Positions 26,460 to 35,595 of a DNA stretch of 35,595 nucleotides are shown piece by piece; position 1 is the stretch's first letter; every line of letters begins with the position of its first letter. The notes beneath the pieces were generated by a model. It ran no database searches and was not told where the DNA came from. It saw nothing but the letters and a program-made list of their open reading frames with translations. Source of the DNA: an uncultured Anaerolineaceae bacterium (lineage in GTDB: Bacteria; Chloroflexota; Anaerolineae; Anaerolineales; E44-bin32); NCBI GenBank assembly GCA_964569445.1, contig CAZMVJ010000001.1, forward strand, positions 11,183 through 46,777, given 5' to 3'. The position numbers and the translations under genes were made by a program.

Positions 26460-28456
26460 ACCTCACCTCCAGGTGCAGAAACCGGGGCGGCGTCCACCTC
26501 TTCCCAGCCAAGCATCATCGCTCGCAGACTGGAGACAGGAGTCGCCCCGGTCGTCGTCAGGTAGACGTGCAGCAGGATGAAAGCGGCCAACATCCACGAG
26601 ATCGCAGTGTGGATGGGCGCCAGGGCGCCCAACCCGCCCAGGTTCGCCGTCAGGTCCGGCCAGCGTTGGGCGCCCCACATCAGCACACCGGTGATGACCT
26701 GCAGCGGAAGAAGCACGTTGAGCAGACCCAGGTACGTCATCTGCTGCAAAGGATTCAGCTTGCGCCGTGGGATCTTGGCGAAGGGATGCGGGTCGTGGCG
26801 GAAGATGCCGCGCAGGTAGAACTTCGCCTGCCGCAGGGCCTGATCGAAGAAACCGACGGGCCGCGGCAAGTACTGGCGGATCTCGCCGCTGGCCAGATGG
26901 TAGAAGAGGGCCAGAGCGGCGTTCACGATCAGAAGCGCCGCCAGGATGTTGTGCGCCATCACAACCACGCGGAAGTCGAGGGTGGGGAAAATTACCGGGT
27001 GATGGATGACGATGCCGGTGAACAGGAGTAGCAGGATGGCGATCGTCTGCAGCCAGTGCCAGAGCCGCTCGTAGAAACCGTACATGTAGACCGGATCGGA
27101 GGCTTCGGCAGGCTTGCGGTGACGCAGCCCGAGGGTGAAGCGCATGGTCCCATGGACGGCGATGCCGGCCAGAACCAGCCCGACCAGGGCGACGCCGGCG
27201 GTGTCGATCCCGGTGACCCGGTCGGTTCCGAGGACATAGGCCTGAGGGGAGTCGCCCGGCCGATACAGCCACTCGCCTTGCAGGCCCTGTTCGATCGTCC
27301 CGTTTGGCAGGGCCGCCGTGCCGCCGACGAATTCAGGCGTTGCCCCGCTCGGGGCCGAAGAGGACAGGAGGAACGTCTGGTTCAGCCGGCTGTCGCCGCC
27401 GTGGCATACATCGCATTCCCGAACCGCCCAGTTCTCGGTCGCCACGGCGTGGTGAATGGCGTAGGGTTGGACGTCGCCGACGATGCGCGGTCGTTCGATC
27501 CCTAGCGCCTGCAGCTTGGCGGCGATATAAGACGCTTTCGCCGCCGTGTCGAGGACGACTTCCTGCGGCTGAAGCGACCCGTCGCCGTCGAAGTCGAACC
27601 GGGCGACAATGTCGGCCGCATACGCGCCGCCGTCCAGCCATACCGACTGCAGATCGACCTGGCGGACCGGGCGCGGCGGGTCGCCGTAGACCCAGTACCA
27701 GAACGTGATCAGGTTGTACGGGGCCAGCCGCGTGGTGGCGTCGGACTCGCGCGTATCGAGCCAGATGGGTTGGTACCCGGTGACGAGCGGGAGGGTCTCC
27801 TGCGTGCCGGGCTCGACGCCTCGGCAGGCGAAGATGCCGCGTCCATCCGTCCCCAGAACGGTCCAGTCGAGCTGCCGCATCGCATTCGAATACAGACTGG
27901 GGACATGGCAGGTCTCGCAGGCCAGCGCAGCCACATGGCGCTCCTTGTACGGGAGCCAATCGTGCGTCGCTTCCAGGCTGTGGCACGCCTGACAGCGATC
28001 GGCGCCGGCCGTCGGCGATTCGCCTGCGGCGGCCGTGGCGCTGCTTCTGGCCAGTTCGTGGGACGGCTGATACAGGTATTCACCGGCCTCGAGTCGTCGC
28101 GGGTCGAAGACCAGATTGGCCGGCTGGGCCTCGCCGGACTTCACCGTGTAGACCGGGTCGTTCATGGAGAAGTGGCAGTCGGTGCACTCGACGCGCCGTT
28201 CGGCATGGATGTCCCACGAACGGGTCAGACTGGCCTTGTCCTCCAGATTCATTCCCGAGTCGTCGATCCGTTCCGGCGAGACGATCTGGCCGGTGGTCAC
28301 CGTACGCCGGACCGACGGGTCGCAGCTGGGCGACACCAGGGCTTCCTTGACATCGTCATGAACCAGGCCGTGGCACAGGCCGCAGTTCTCGCTGGCCGGA
28401 TCGCGCACAGCCAGGCTTCCTTCGGCGAGATTGCCTTCGTCGTCGAAGGCGGTCGG
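26456..28456 (-). CDS. Multiheme cytochrome c fused to a cytochrome b/b6-like (Ni-hydrogenase CytB/PhsC-type) domain; apparently 5'-truncated
   Basis: Five CxxCH motifs (CGLCH, CTDCH, CQACH, CETCH, CDVCH); ERLWHW..TG..H, H.I.A, KLNPLQQ, HVYL; the frame stays coding-like upstream of the GTG at 28408 (PTAFDDEGNL) with no RBS or signal peptide. Confidence 0.8.
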   Translation of the reverse strand, partial: PTAFDDEGNLAEGSLAVRDPASENCGLCHGLVHDDVKEALVSPSCDPSVRRTVTTGQIVSPERIDDSGMNLEDKASLTRSWDIHAERRVECTDCHFSMNDPVYTVKSGEAQPANLVFDPRRLEAGEYLYQPSHELARSSATAAAGESPTAGADRCQACHSLEATHDWLPYKERHVAALACETCHVPSLYSNAMRQLDWTVLGTDGRGIFACRGVEPGTQETLPLVTGYQPIWLDTRESDATTRLAPYNLITFWYWVYGDPPRPVRQVDLQSVWLDGGAYAADIVARFDFDGDGSLQPQEVVLDTAAKASYIAAKLQALGIERPRIVGDVQPYAIHHAVATENWAVRECDVCHGGDSRLNQTFLLSSSAPSGATPEFVGGTAALPNGTIEQGLQGEWLYRPGDSPQAYVLGTDRVTGIDTAGVALVGLVLAGIAVHGTMRFTLGLRHRKPAEASDPVYMYGFYERLWHWLQTIAILLLLFTGIVIHHPVIFPTLDFRVVVMAHNILAALLIVNAALALFYHLASGEIRQYLPRPVGFFDQALRQAKFYLRGIFRHDPHPFAKIPRRKLNPLQQMTYLGLLNVLLPLQVITGVLMWGAQRWPDLTANLGGLGALAPIHTAISWMLAAFILLHVYLTTTGATPVSSLRAMMLGWEEVDAAPVSAPGGEV

Positions 28457-28474
28457 GCAGTGTCTGAAGAAACC

Positions 28475-28503
28475 GTAGGGGCGGGTTTGAAACCCGCCCC
28501 TAC
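28475..28503. repeat. GTAG-type REP palindrome
   Basis: gtaggggcgggttt-g-aaacccgcccctac. Confidence 0.88.
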
Positions 28504-28553
28504 CCCAAACGTCTGTTTGTCGGTCTCGCCCAGAGGCCGGCCGAGCTGCAGGG

Positions 28554-31028
28554 TTACTTGGGTTTCTTGCCGCCGTCGTCCGGGGGCGGTTCGATCGACG
28601 GGAATGTGGCCACGCCGGCGACGACGTCGCCTTTCTTGAGGTTGACGACGTGGACGCCCATCGTCGCCCGGCCGGCGCGTTTGATCTGGTCCATCTTCGT
28701 CCGCAGGACGATCCCCCCGGAGGAGATGATCGTCAAGTCCTCGTCGGCGTGGACGACGCGCGCCGCCGCAATCGGCCCGGTGAGACTGAGTTTCTCGCGG
28801 CTGAGAGTCATCACACCCATCGTGCCGCGGCCCTTGGCCGGATACTCTGCCAGCGGCGTGCGTTTGCCGAAACCGTTGCGGGTGACCACCAGCAAGTCGG
28901 CCTTCTTGTCGACCACGTCCATGCCGCTGAGCCGATCGCCCTTCCCCAGCCGGATGGCCCGCACGCCGGCCGCCGGACGCCCCATCGGCCGCACCAGCTT
29001 CTCGTGGAAACGCAGCGCCTGGCCCTTCTCGGTGGCCAGGATCAGATCGTCCTTGCCCGTCGTCAGGCGCACCCAGCCGAGCACGTCCCCTTTTCCGAGC
29101 GAGATGGCGATCAGCCCCGACGGGCGGACGGCGGCGAACTCCGAGAGCGCCACCCGTTTGATCTTGCCGTTGCGCGTGACCATCGTGCAGAAATTGGCGG
29201 CGGCGAAATCCGGCACGGCCACGGCGGCGGTGATCGTCTCGTCTGAGGCCAGCGCCAGCACGCCGGCCAGCAAAACGCCGCGCGCCGTCCGGTCGGCGTC
29301 GGGGATTTGGTAGGCCTTCTCCGAGTAGACCTTGCCGCGGTCCGAGAAGAACAACACCGTGTTCAGCGAGCGCGCCGGGAAGAGCATCACCAGCTCGTCC
29401 TCGCCGCGCGTCGAGTGGCCCGTGACCCCCCGCCCGCCCCGCCCCTGGCGCCGATAACTTTCGGTCGCCACGCGCTTGATGTAGCCGCGCTCGGTCAGGC
29501 TGACCAGCACCGCCTCGTCCGCCACCAGGTCCTCTTCACGTAACTCTTCGTTCGCCTCGGGAGAGATGCGCGTGCGCCGGGCGTCGCCGTACTTCTGGGC
29601 GACGTCGCCCAGGTCGTCGTGGATCAGCCGCAGGATCTTCTTGGGGTGGGCCAGCAGGTCCACCAGATGGGCGATGGTGCCCGTGACCTCTTTGTGTTCA
29701 TCCTCGATCTTCTTGCGCTCGAGCGCCGCCAGACGGCGCAGCTGCATGTCGAGGATCGCCTGAGCCTGCAGGTCGGTCAAGGAGAACTGCTTCATCAGCC
29801 GTTCTTTGGCCACGTCGGCATCCGGCGACCTGCGGATGGTCTGGATCACCTCGTCCAGGTGGCTGAGGGCGATCAGCAGGCCTTCCAGGATGTGAGCCCG
29901 CGCCCGGGCCTTGGCCAGTTCGAATTCCGAGCGGCGGGTGAGCACCACCCGGCGGTGCTCGACGTAGAACTGCAGCGCCCGTTTCAACGAGAGCAGCCGC
30001 GGCTCGCCGTCGACCAGCGCCAACAGCTGGATGCCGAACGACGTCTGCAGCGGCGTGTATTTGAAGAGCTGGTTGAGCACCTTGCGCGGCTGGGCCCCCT
30101 TGCGCAGCTCGACGATCAGGCTCAACCCGCGTCGATCCGACTCATCGCGCAGATCGGCGACGTCATCCAGCCGACCTTCGCGGGCCAGCTCGGCGATGCG
30201 CTCGATCAGCCCGGTCTTGTTGACCTGGTACGGGATTTCGGTGATGACGATGCGGTGCCGCCCGCCCGAGTGCTCCTCGATCTGCGCCTGCGCCCGGACC
30301 ACCAGCCGGCCCTTGCCGGTGGAGTAGGCCTGCTTGATCCCGTCCACGCCGACGATCACCCCGCCCGTCGGGAAGTCCGGCCCGGGCAGGTGCGCCATCA
30401 ATTCGTCGACGGTCACGTCGTCGAACCGGTCGTAGGCGTCGATCAGGTGCCGCAGCGCGTTCGTCAGCTCGCCCAGGTTGTGCGGCGGGATGTTGGTCGC
30501 CATCCCGACGGCGATCCCCGTTGAGCCGTTGAGCAGCAGGTTGGGCAGGCGCGATGGGAGAATCAGCGGTTCCTTGAGCGAACCGTCGAAGTTGTCGCCA
30601 AAATCGACGGTTTCTTTGTCGATGTCGACCAGCAGCTCTTCCGCCATGCGCGCCAGGCGGGCCTCGGTGTAGCGCATCGCCGCCGGCGAGTCGCCGTCGA
30701 TCGAGCCGAAGTTGCCCTGGCCGTCGACCAGCATGTAGCGCATGGCGAAATCCTGCGCCATGCGCGCCATGGCGTCGTAGACCGCCTGGTCTCCGTGAGG
30801 GTGATACTTGCCGAGCACCTCGCCCACGATGCGAGCCGACTTACGGTACGCCCCGTTGGAGCGCATGCCCATATCGTGCATGGCGTACAGGATGCGGCGG
30901 TGGACCGGCTTCAGCCCGTCGCGGGCGTCCGGCAAGGCCCGCGCCACGATGACCGACATGGCATAGTCCAGATACGCCCCGCGCATCTGCTCGTCGATAT
31001 CGACTTGTCGGACCTGACCGATCTCCAT
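28554..31028 (-). CDS. gyrA: DNA gyrase subunit A
   Basis: [36 protein letters not shown], GyrA-box RRQGRGGRG, beta-pinwheel repeats; start MEIGQ with GAGG RBS. Confidence 0.97.
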   Translation of the reverse strand: MEIGQVRQVDIDEQMRGAYLDYAMSVIVARALPDARDGLKPVHRRILYAMHDMGMRSNGAYRKSARIVGEVLGKYHPHGDQAVYDAMARMAQDFAMRYMLVDGQGNFGSIDGDSPAAMRYTEARLARMAEELLVDIDKETVDFGDNFDGSLKEPLILPSRLPNLLLNGSTGIAVGMATNIPPHNLGELTNALRHLIDAYDRFDDVTVDELMAHLPGPDFPTGGVIVGVDGIKQAYSTGKGRLVVRAQAQIEEHSGGRHRIVITEIPYQVNKTGLIERIAELAREGRLDDVADLRDESDRRGLSLIVELRKGAQPRKVLNQLFKYTPLQTSFGIQLLALVDGEPRLLSLKRALQFYVEHRRVVLTRRSEFELAKARARAHILEGLLIALSHLDEVIQTIRRSPDADVAKERLMKQFSLTDLQAQAILDMQLRRLAALERKKIEDEHKEVTGTIAHLVDLLAHPKKILRLIHDDLGDVAQKYGDARRTRISPEANEELREEDLVADEAVLVSLTERGYIKRVATESYRRQGRGGRGVTGHSTRGEDELVMLFPARSLNTVLFFSDRGKVYSEKAYQIPDADRTARGVLLAGVLALASDETITAAVAVPDFAAANFCTMVTRNGKIKRVALSEFAAVRPSGLIAISLGKGDVLGWVRLTTGKDDLILATEKGQALRFHEKLVRPMGRPAAGVRAIRLGKGDRLSGMDVVDKKADLLVVTRNGFGKRTPLAEYPAKGRGTMGVMTLSREKLSLTGPIAAARVVHADEDLTIISSGGIVLRTKMDQIKRAGRATMGVHVVNLKKGDVVAGVATFPSIEPPPDDGGKKPK

Positions 31029-31053
31029 GGACCTCGCCCCACCTGCCGAGCGC

Positions 31054-31081
31054 GTAGGGGCACGGCATGCCGTGCCCCTAC
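31054..31081. repeat. GTAG-type REP, perfect 28-bp palindrome
   Basis: gtaggggcacggca|tgccgtgcccctac. Confidence 0.9.
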
Positions 31082-31113
31082 AACCCACTCGGAAACCAAA
31101 CGAGACTCGCAGC

Positions 31114-31140
31114 TTCCGGGAAGCACCGAGCTTCCCGGAA
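31114..31140. repeat. 11-bp-stem hairpin in the gyrA upstream region
   Basis: ttccgggaagc-accga-gcttcccggaa. Confidence 0.7.
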
Positions 31141-31260
31141 CCTCCATTTTACCTTCCGGGCCTTGTGAAAGCCAGCGCGAGGCCATTGCCCCCGCCTCAT
31201 CTGGGGGATAGACTGGGCCTGTCCCTGTCCATGGCGGGAGCCGCCGCCGGGAGCCAGCCC

Positions 31261-33780
31261 ATGAACCGCTTCGTCACCATCCTGGTCATCATTCTGCTGG
31301 TGGTCCTGATCGCGGTCGGAGGCCTGGCGCTCCTCATCCGGCAGTCCTTCCCGCAGACCTCGGGCGAGGTCAACCTTCCCGGGCTGCACGCCCCGGTCGA
31401 AGTCTTGCGGGACGGGATGGGAATCCCCCACATCTACGCCCAGGATGAACACGACCTGTTCATGGCGCAGGGCTATCTCCACGCCCAGGACCGTTTCTGG
31501 CAGATGGATTTCTGGCGCCACATCGGCGCCGGACGCCTCTCGGAGATGTTCGGGGAAAGCCAGATCGAGACGGACGCCTTCATCCGGACCCTCGGCTGGG
31601 CCCGAATCGCGGATCAAGAGTGGGAGGCGGCTGACGAAGAAACGAAATCCGTCCTGCAGGCCTACGCCGACGGCGTCAACGCCTACCTGGCCGAGCACCA
31701 GGGCGGCCGACTTTCCCTGGAGTACGCCATCCTCAAGCTGACCAACAGGACCTACACGCCGGAAGCCTGGCAGCCCGTCCATTCGCTGACGTGGGCAAAG
31801 GCCATGGCCTGGGATCTGGGCGGCAACATGCAGGCCGAGCTCGAACGGGCCGTGCTCCTGCCCCAACTGGGTGAGGAGCGTCTCGCCGACCTCTACCCCT
31901 CCTATCCGGACGAGAACCCTGTCATCCTGCCGGGATTCAGCCTGGCGGCCTCGCCCCCGCAGGGGCTGGCCTCGTCCGCAGACTACACCGCCGCCGGCGA
32001 CGCGCTGCGTTTTGTTCTGGCCCGCATCGAAGGGCTGAATCGTGTGACCGGCGGCGGCCTGAGCGGACTCGGATCCAACAATTGGGTCGTGGCGGGCTCG
32101 CGCACGAGCAGCGGGATGCCGATCCTGGCCGATGACATGCACCTGGGGATTCGCATGCCGTCGATTTGGTACGAGAACGGGCTGCACTGCGCCCCGATCA
32201 GCGAGACCTGCCGCTTCAATGTCGTCGGGTTCTCTTTCGTCACGCTGCCGGCGGTCGTCGTCGGCCACAACGACCGCATCGCCTGGGGCGTGACCAATGC
32301 CGGGCCGGACGTGCAGGACCTTTACCTGGAACGGATCAATCCGGACAACCCCGACCAGTACGAAGTCGACGGCGAGTGGCAGTCGATGGACGCCCGCGAG
32401 GAGGTGCTCCTCGTCGCCGGTGGGCCCCCGGTGACGATTCGCGTGCGCCAGACGCGCCACGGGCCGGTGCTCTCCGACACCGACGAAGAATTGCAGGCGC
32501 TGGCCGAGGGGGCGGCGCTGGCCGAGGGCACGCCGATGGCCATCAGCCTGCGCTGGACGGCGCTCGAGCCCTCGACCATCCTGCGCGCCGCCCTGGGCGT
32601 CGACCGGGCGCAGAACTTCGACGAATTCCGCGCCGCCCTGCGCGACTGGGACGTGCCGTCGCAGAACTTCGTTTACGCCGACGTCGACGGCAACATCGGC
32701 TACCAGATGCCCGGCGATGTGCCCATCCGCCGCAGCGGGGACGGGTCCTTTCCGGTGGCGGGATGGACCAACCGCGGCGAATGGACAGGCACGATTCCCT
32801 TCGAGGAGCTTCCTACCGCCTACAATCCTCCGGCCGGCTTCATCGTCACGGCCAACAATCGCGCCGTCGACGGCACCTATCCCTACTTGCTGACGACGAT
32901 GCCCGATCTGGGCTTCCGCGCCGCCCGCATCGTCGAGCTGCTCCAGGCCGAGGAGACCCTGACTCCCGAAGCCATGCGCCAGATCCACGGCGACACCTTC
33001 AACGCCGCCGGACCGAGGCTTGTCCCGGTCCTGCTCGATCTCGACTTCAACCGGGCCGGGCAAACCGCCGACGAGGCCGCCCAGGCGACCAGACTGGAGA
33101 CCGTCATTGCCGAGCTGGCGACGTGGGACAACCACAACGACCCCGGCTCGCGCGGCGCGGCGATCTTCAACGCCATTTGGCGCCACGTGATCCTGCGCAC
33201 CTTCGCCGACGACCTCCCGGAAGGCTGGCTGCCCGAAGACGAAGTCGCCTTCGTCGTCGTCGAGAATCTCCTGCAGCGCCCGGGCGACCCCTGGTGGGAC
33301 GATCTGCGCAGCCCGGCGATGGAAACGCGCGACGAGATTCTGCGTTTGGCCACCGCCGACGCCGTCGACGAGCTCGAGGAACGGCTGGGTCCGAACATGT
33401 CCGGCTGGACTTGGGGCGCCCTCCACGGCGCCACTTTCCGCAACGAGACGCTCGGGGAGTCGGGGATTGGGCCGATCGAAGCCCTCTTCAACCGCGGCCC
33501 CTACCCGACCGGCGGCGGGGCTTCGATTGTCGATGCCACCGGGTGGTCCTACGAAGAGGGGTATGAGGTCGCCTGGGTGCCTTCGCAGCGGATGGTGCTC
33601 GACCTGAGCGACTGGGAGCGCGCCCTGGCGATCCACACCACCGGCCAGTCGGGGCATGCCTTCCATCCGCACTATATCGACATGGCCGATCCGTGGGCAC
33701 AGATCGAATACGCCGCGCTCCCCTGGAGCCGAACCGTCGTCGAGAGCCAGACCGAGGAGTGGCTGCGGCTGGTCCCGTAG
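31261..33780 (+). CDS. Penicillin acylase family (peptidase S45, Ntn-hydrolase), N-terminally anchored
   Basis: TM anchor; RDGMGIPHIYA, QGYLHAQDRFWQMD, GSNNW nucleophile, YADVDGNIGY, TANN, GQSGH..PHY.D. Confidence 0.93.
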   Translation: MNRFVTILVIILLVVLIAVGGLALLIRQSFPQTSGEVNLPGLHAPVEVLRDGMGIPHIYAQDEHDLFMAQGYLHAQDRFWQMDFWRHIGAGRLSEMFGESQIETDAFIRTLGWARIADQEWEAADEETKSVLQAYADGVNAYLAEHQGGRLSLEYAILKLTNRTYTPEAWQPVHSLTWAKAMAWDLGGNMQAELERAVLLPQLGEERLADLYPSYPDENPVILPGFSLAASPPQGLASSADYTAAGDALRFVLARIEGLNRVTGGGLSGLGSNNWVVAGSRTSSGMPILADDMHLGIRMPSIWYENGLHCAPISETCRFNVVGFSFVTLPAVVVGHNDRIAWGVTNAGPDVQDLYLERINPDNPDQYEVDGEWQSMDAREEVLLVAGGPPVTIRVRQTRHGPVLSDTDEELQALAEGAALAEGTPMAISLRWTALEPSTILRAALGVDRAQNFDEFRAALRDWDVPSQNFVYADVDGNIGYQMPGDVPIRRSGDGSFPVAGWTNRGEWTGTIPFEELPTAYNPPAGFIVTANNRAVDGTYPYLLTTMPDLGFRAARIVELLQAEETLTPEAMRQIHGDTFNAAGPRLVPVLLDLDFNRAGQTADEAAQATRLETVIAELATWDNHNDPGSRGAAIFNAIWRHVILRTFADDLPEGWLPEDEVAFVVVENLLQRPGDPWWDDLRSPAMETRDEILRLATADAVDELEERLGPNMSGWTWGALHGATFRNETLGESGIGPIEALFNRGPYPTGGGASIVDATGWSYEEGYEVAWVPSQRMVLDLSDWERALAIHTTGQSGHAFHPHYIDMADPWAQIEYAALPWSRTVVESQTEEWLRLVP

Positions 33781-33782
33781 AA

Positions 33783-33815
33783 ATCTCCCCGCGAGCTTGA
33801 AGCTCGCGGGGAGAT
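33783..33815. terminator. Perfect hairpin immediately after the acylase stop codon
   Basis: atctccccgcgagctt-g-aagctcgcggggagat; no U-tract; related to 375-407. Confidence 0.55.
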
Positions 33816-33876
33816 CGGCCGCATCGATAGCGCTCAGCAGGGCGCGGCTGCCCTCGCACGCACCTCCCAAGAATCC

Positions 33877-33920
33877 GTAGGGGCACGGCCCTTCGACTTC
33901 GCTCAGGACCGTGCCCCTAC
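33877..33920. repeat. GTAG REP carrying an inserted second repeat module
   Basis: gtaggggcacgg-cccttcgacttcgctcagga-ccgtgcccctac. Confidence 0.88.
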
Positions 33921-33955
33921 CCCTGGTTGCAGGCTGTTTTGCGAGCGAGCGCGCC

Positions 33956-34168
33956 CTACACCAGCAGCACCTTCTGCGTCACCAGCAGGCACATCGTCCC
34001 CAGCAGGAGGACGGCGAAGAAAAGCAGAATAGAGATGACCAGCCGCTGTCCGGCCGTCATTCCGAGCATCCGGCCGCTGCCTGGCGCCCGATATTCCTCG
34101 ACGGCCGGCGCCGGTGCGGATTTAGGGGCCGGCTGTCCGTCCGAAAGGTCACGCAGGTTGTCGAACAT
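33956..34168 (-). CDS. Small protein with a C-terminal TM helix, unknown function
   Basis: GGAG RBS; acidic/Pro-rich N-terminus, GMTAGQR, then a hydrophobic helix. Confidence 0.75.
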   Translation of the reverse strand: MFDNLRDLSDGQPAPKSAPAPAVEEYRAPGSGRMLGMTAGQRLVISILLFFAVLLLGTMCLLVTQKVLLV

Positions 34169-34234
34169 CCCTTACTCCTCCGTGATTCCAGAAAGAGTCT
34201 AAGTCATTCGGGCGAAGTGTCAACCGTCCGGCGA

Positions 34235-35014
34235 TCACCGCCCGCTGCGCACGGGACGAAGCGAACGGGCCTCTCCGGTGCAGCTGACCTCTCGACCGTC
34301 AGCCAGGAGCAGCCGCGCCTCCCCTTCGGCGCCCAGGCCAAGGAGCCGGCCCTCCCACGTAACCTGGCCCATCTCGACGCGGACGTGCTCACCCACGTAG
34401 GCCAGGCGCTCCTCCCAGGCCTGCAAGAACCGCGCCGAGCCCAGCTGGGCAAACCGTAGTTCAAGAGCTTGGACGATCGCGGTGATCAGCCGGACCCGCG
34501 AGACCACCCGCCCGGCATGTTCTTCGACGCACGTCGCTGCGAAGGCCAGACCCTGCTCGGGAACGGAGCCGCGCCGTACGTTTACGCCGATCCCCAGCAC
34601 AAGATGACTGAGACGATCCCCCTCCCAATCCGCCTCGGCCAACACGCCGGCGACTTTGCCGCCTTCAAGCAAGACATCATTGGGCCACTTGATCCGGGCC
34701 GCCAGCCCCTCTTGCTGGAGACCGTCAGCGACGGCCAGTGCGCCCAACCCCGTCCAGCGCTGCGGATGTTCGACGCTCGGACGAAGTACGAGGCTCAGCG
34801 CGATCGCTGTCCCCGGCGGAGTCTCCCAGCGCGACCCGCCTCGGCCCCGGCCGCGGCGCTGGTGGTCGGCCACGACCAGCGTCCCTTCGGCCGCGCCGTC
34901 GTGCGCCAGGGCGGCAGCGGTGGTGTTGGTGCTGTCCACCTCGTCGAAGACATACAGCTCCTCGCCAAATCCACCGGCCGGTAGCCAGGCCCGCAGCTCC
35001 TCTCCCATCGTCAT
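34235..35014 (-). CDS. birA: Biotin--[acetyl-CoA-carboxylase] ligase without an HTH domain
   Basis: DSTN, ADHQ..GRGRGG..W, IKWPND, KVAGVL.E, GIGVNV. Confidence 0.93.
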   Translation of the reverse strand: MTMGEELRAWLPAGGFGEELYVFDEVDSTNTTAAALAHDGAAEGTLVVADHQRRGRGRGGSRWETPPGTAIALSLVLRPSVEHPQRWTGLGALAVADGLQQEGLAARIKWPNDVLLEGGKVAGVLAEADWEGDRLSHLVLGIGVNVRRGSVPEQGLAFAATCVEEHAGRVVSRVRLITAIVQALELRFAQLGSARFLQAWEERLAYVGEHVRVEMGQVTWEGRLLGLGAEGEARLLLADGREVSCTGEARSLRPVRSGR

Positions 35015-35123
35015 GGGGTCATCCCGCGCCCTTCCTCACGATCTTCACGGTGGGGCGCGGGATCATTGTACCGAAGCGCGTTCGACCTGGTGTCAGACGT
35101 CGCTGCGGGTCGTCGGGCTTCTC

Positions 35124-35132
35124 TGCTACAAT
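35124..35132 (+). promoter_or_regulatory. Extended -10 for the HIT gene; a divergent TACAAT at 35070-35065 may serve birA
   Basis: TGC-TACAAT 12 nt before the ATG at 35145. Confidence 0.55.
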
Positions 35133-35144
35133 CGAACGCACGCG

Positions 35145-35595
35145 ATGAAGCAGCTCTGGTCGCCGTGGCGCATGGCCTACATCGAAGAACGCAACAGTGA
35201 GCCCGGCTGTCTCTTCTGTAACCTGCGCAGCGCTGCCCCCGGCGCGGCCTCCCTGGTGCTGCATCAGGAAGAGCGCGCCTTCGTCGTCCTCAACCGCTAT
35301 CCGTACACGAACGGCCACGTGATGATCGTCCCGCAGGCGCATGTCGCTTCGCTCGAGGATCTGGAAGCCGAGGTCCTGACCGATCTGATGCTGCTCACGC
35401 GGCGATCGCTGCGGGCCTTGCGCCGCGCCTATGGGGCGGCGTCGTTCAACGTCGGCGCCAACATCGGGGCGCCCGCCGGCGCCGGCGTCGTCGATCACGT
35501 CCACCTGCACGTCGTGCCGCGCTGGGCCGGCGACACCAATTTCATGGCCACCACCGCCGATACCCGCGTCATCCCGGAAGACCTGGAGCAGACCT
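35145..35595 (+). CDS. HIT-family hydrolase (Ap4A phosphorylase/Fhit-like), runs off the right edge, absent from the ORF track
   Basis: Manual translation MKQLWSPWRMAYI..CLFC..LNRYPYTNGHVMIVP..FNVGANIG..AGAG..HVHLHVVPRWAGDTNF. Confidence 0.93.
   Translation, partial: MKQLWSPWRMAYIEERNSEPGCLFCNLRSAAPGAASLVLHQEERAFVVLNRYPYTNGHVMIVPQAHVASLEDLEAEVLTDLMLLTRRSLRALRRAYGAASFNVGANIGAPAGAGVVDHVHLHVVPRWAGDTNFMATTADTRVIPEDLEQT

Noticed and set aside
2962-33870. Long antisense ORFs (e.g. 2962-4980, 10814-12787, 17130-18416, 23771-25522, 31078-33870)
   Set aside because: Shadow frames of well-supported genes, expected in high-GC DNA

Overview
GC-rich bacterial chromosomal window, most consistent with Chloroflexota/Anaerolineae (inferred from the gene set, not verified). 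It is mostly housekeeping: a partial DnaC/IstB-like ATPase, tRNA-Glu, sdhABCD, fabF, an archaeal-style upper mevalonate cluster, a LysM lipoprotein, a Nudix hydrolase, rplS, murI, gyrA, a penicillin acylase, birA and a partial HIT gene missed by the ORF track. Best leads: (1) an uncharacterised operon of multiheme cytochrome c/cytochrome b, split YeeE and a Cys-less rhodanese ending in a SoxY-like GKGCG tail, with the cytochrome apparently 5'-truncated at a REP palindrome; (2) a thiolase missing both canonical catalytic residues inside the HMGCS/DUF35 cluster; (3) a kinase-pseudocyclase-STAND-TPR protein divergent from a lipoprotein with a ZU5-like HFS autoproteolysis motif; (4) modular, nested palindromic intergenic repeats that supply stop codons, flank gyrA and match a 10-aa stretch of a small AP2-like protein with only synonymous differences. 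No CRISPR array, integrase or transposase was seen.
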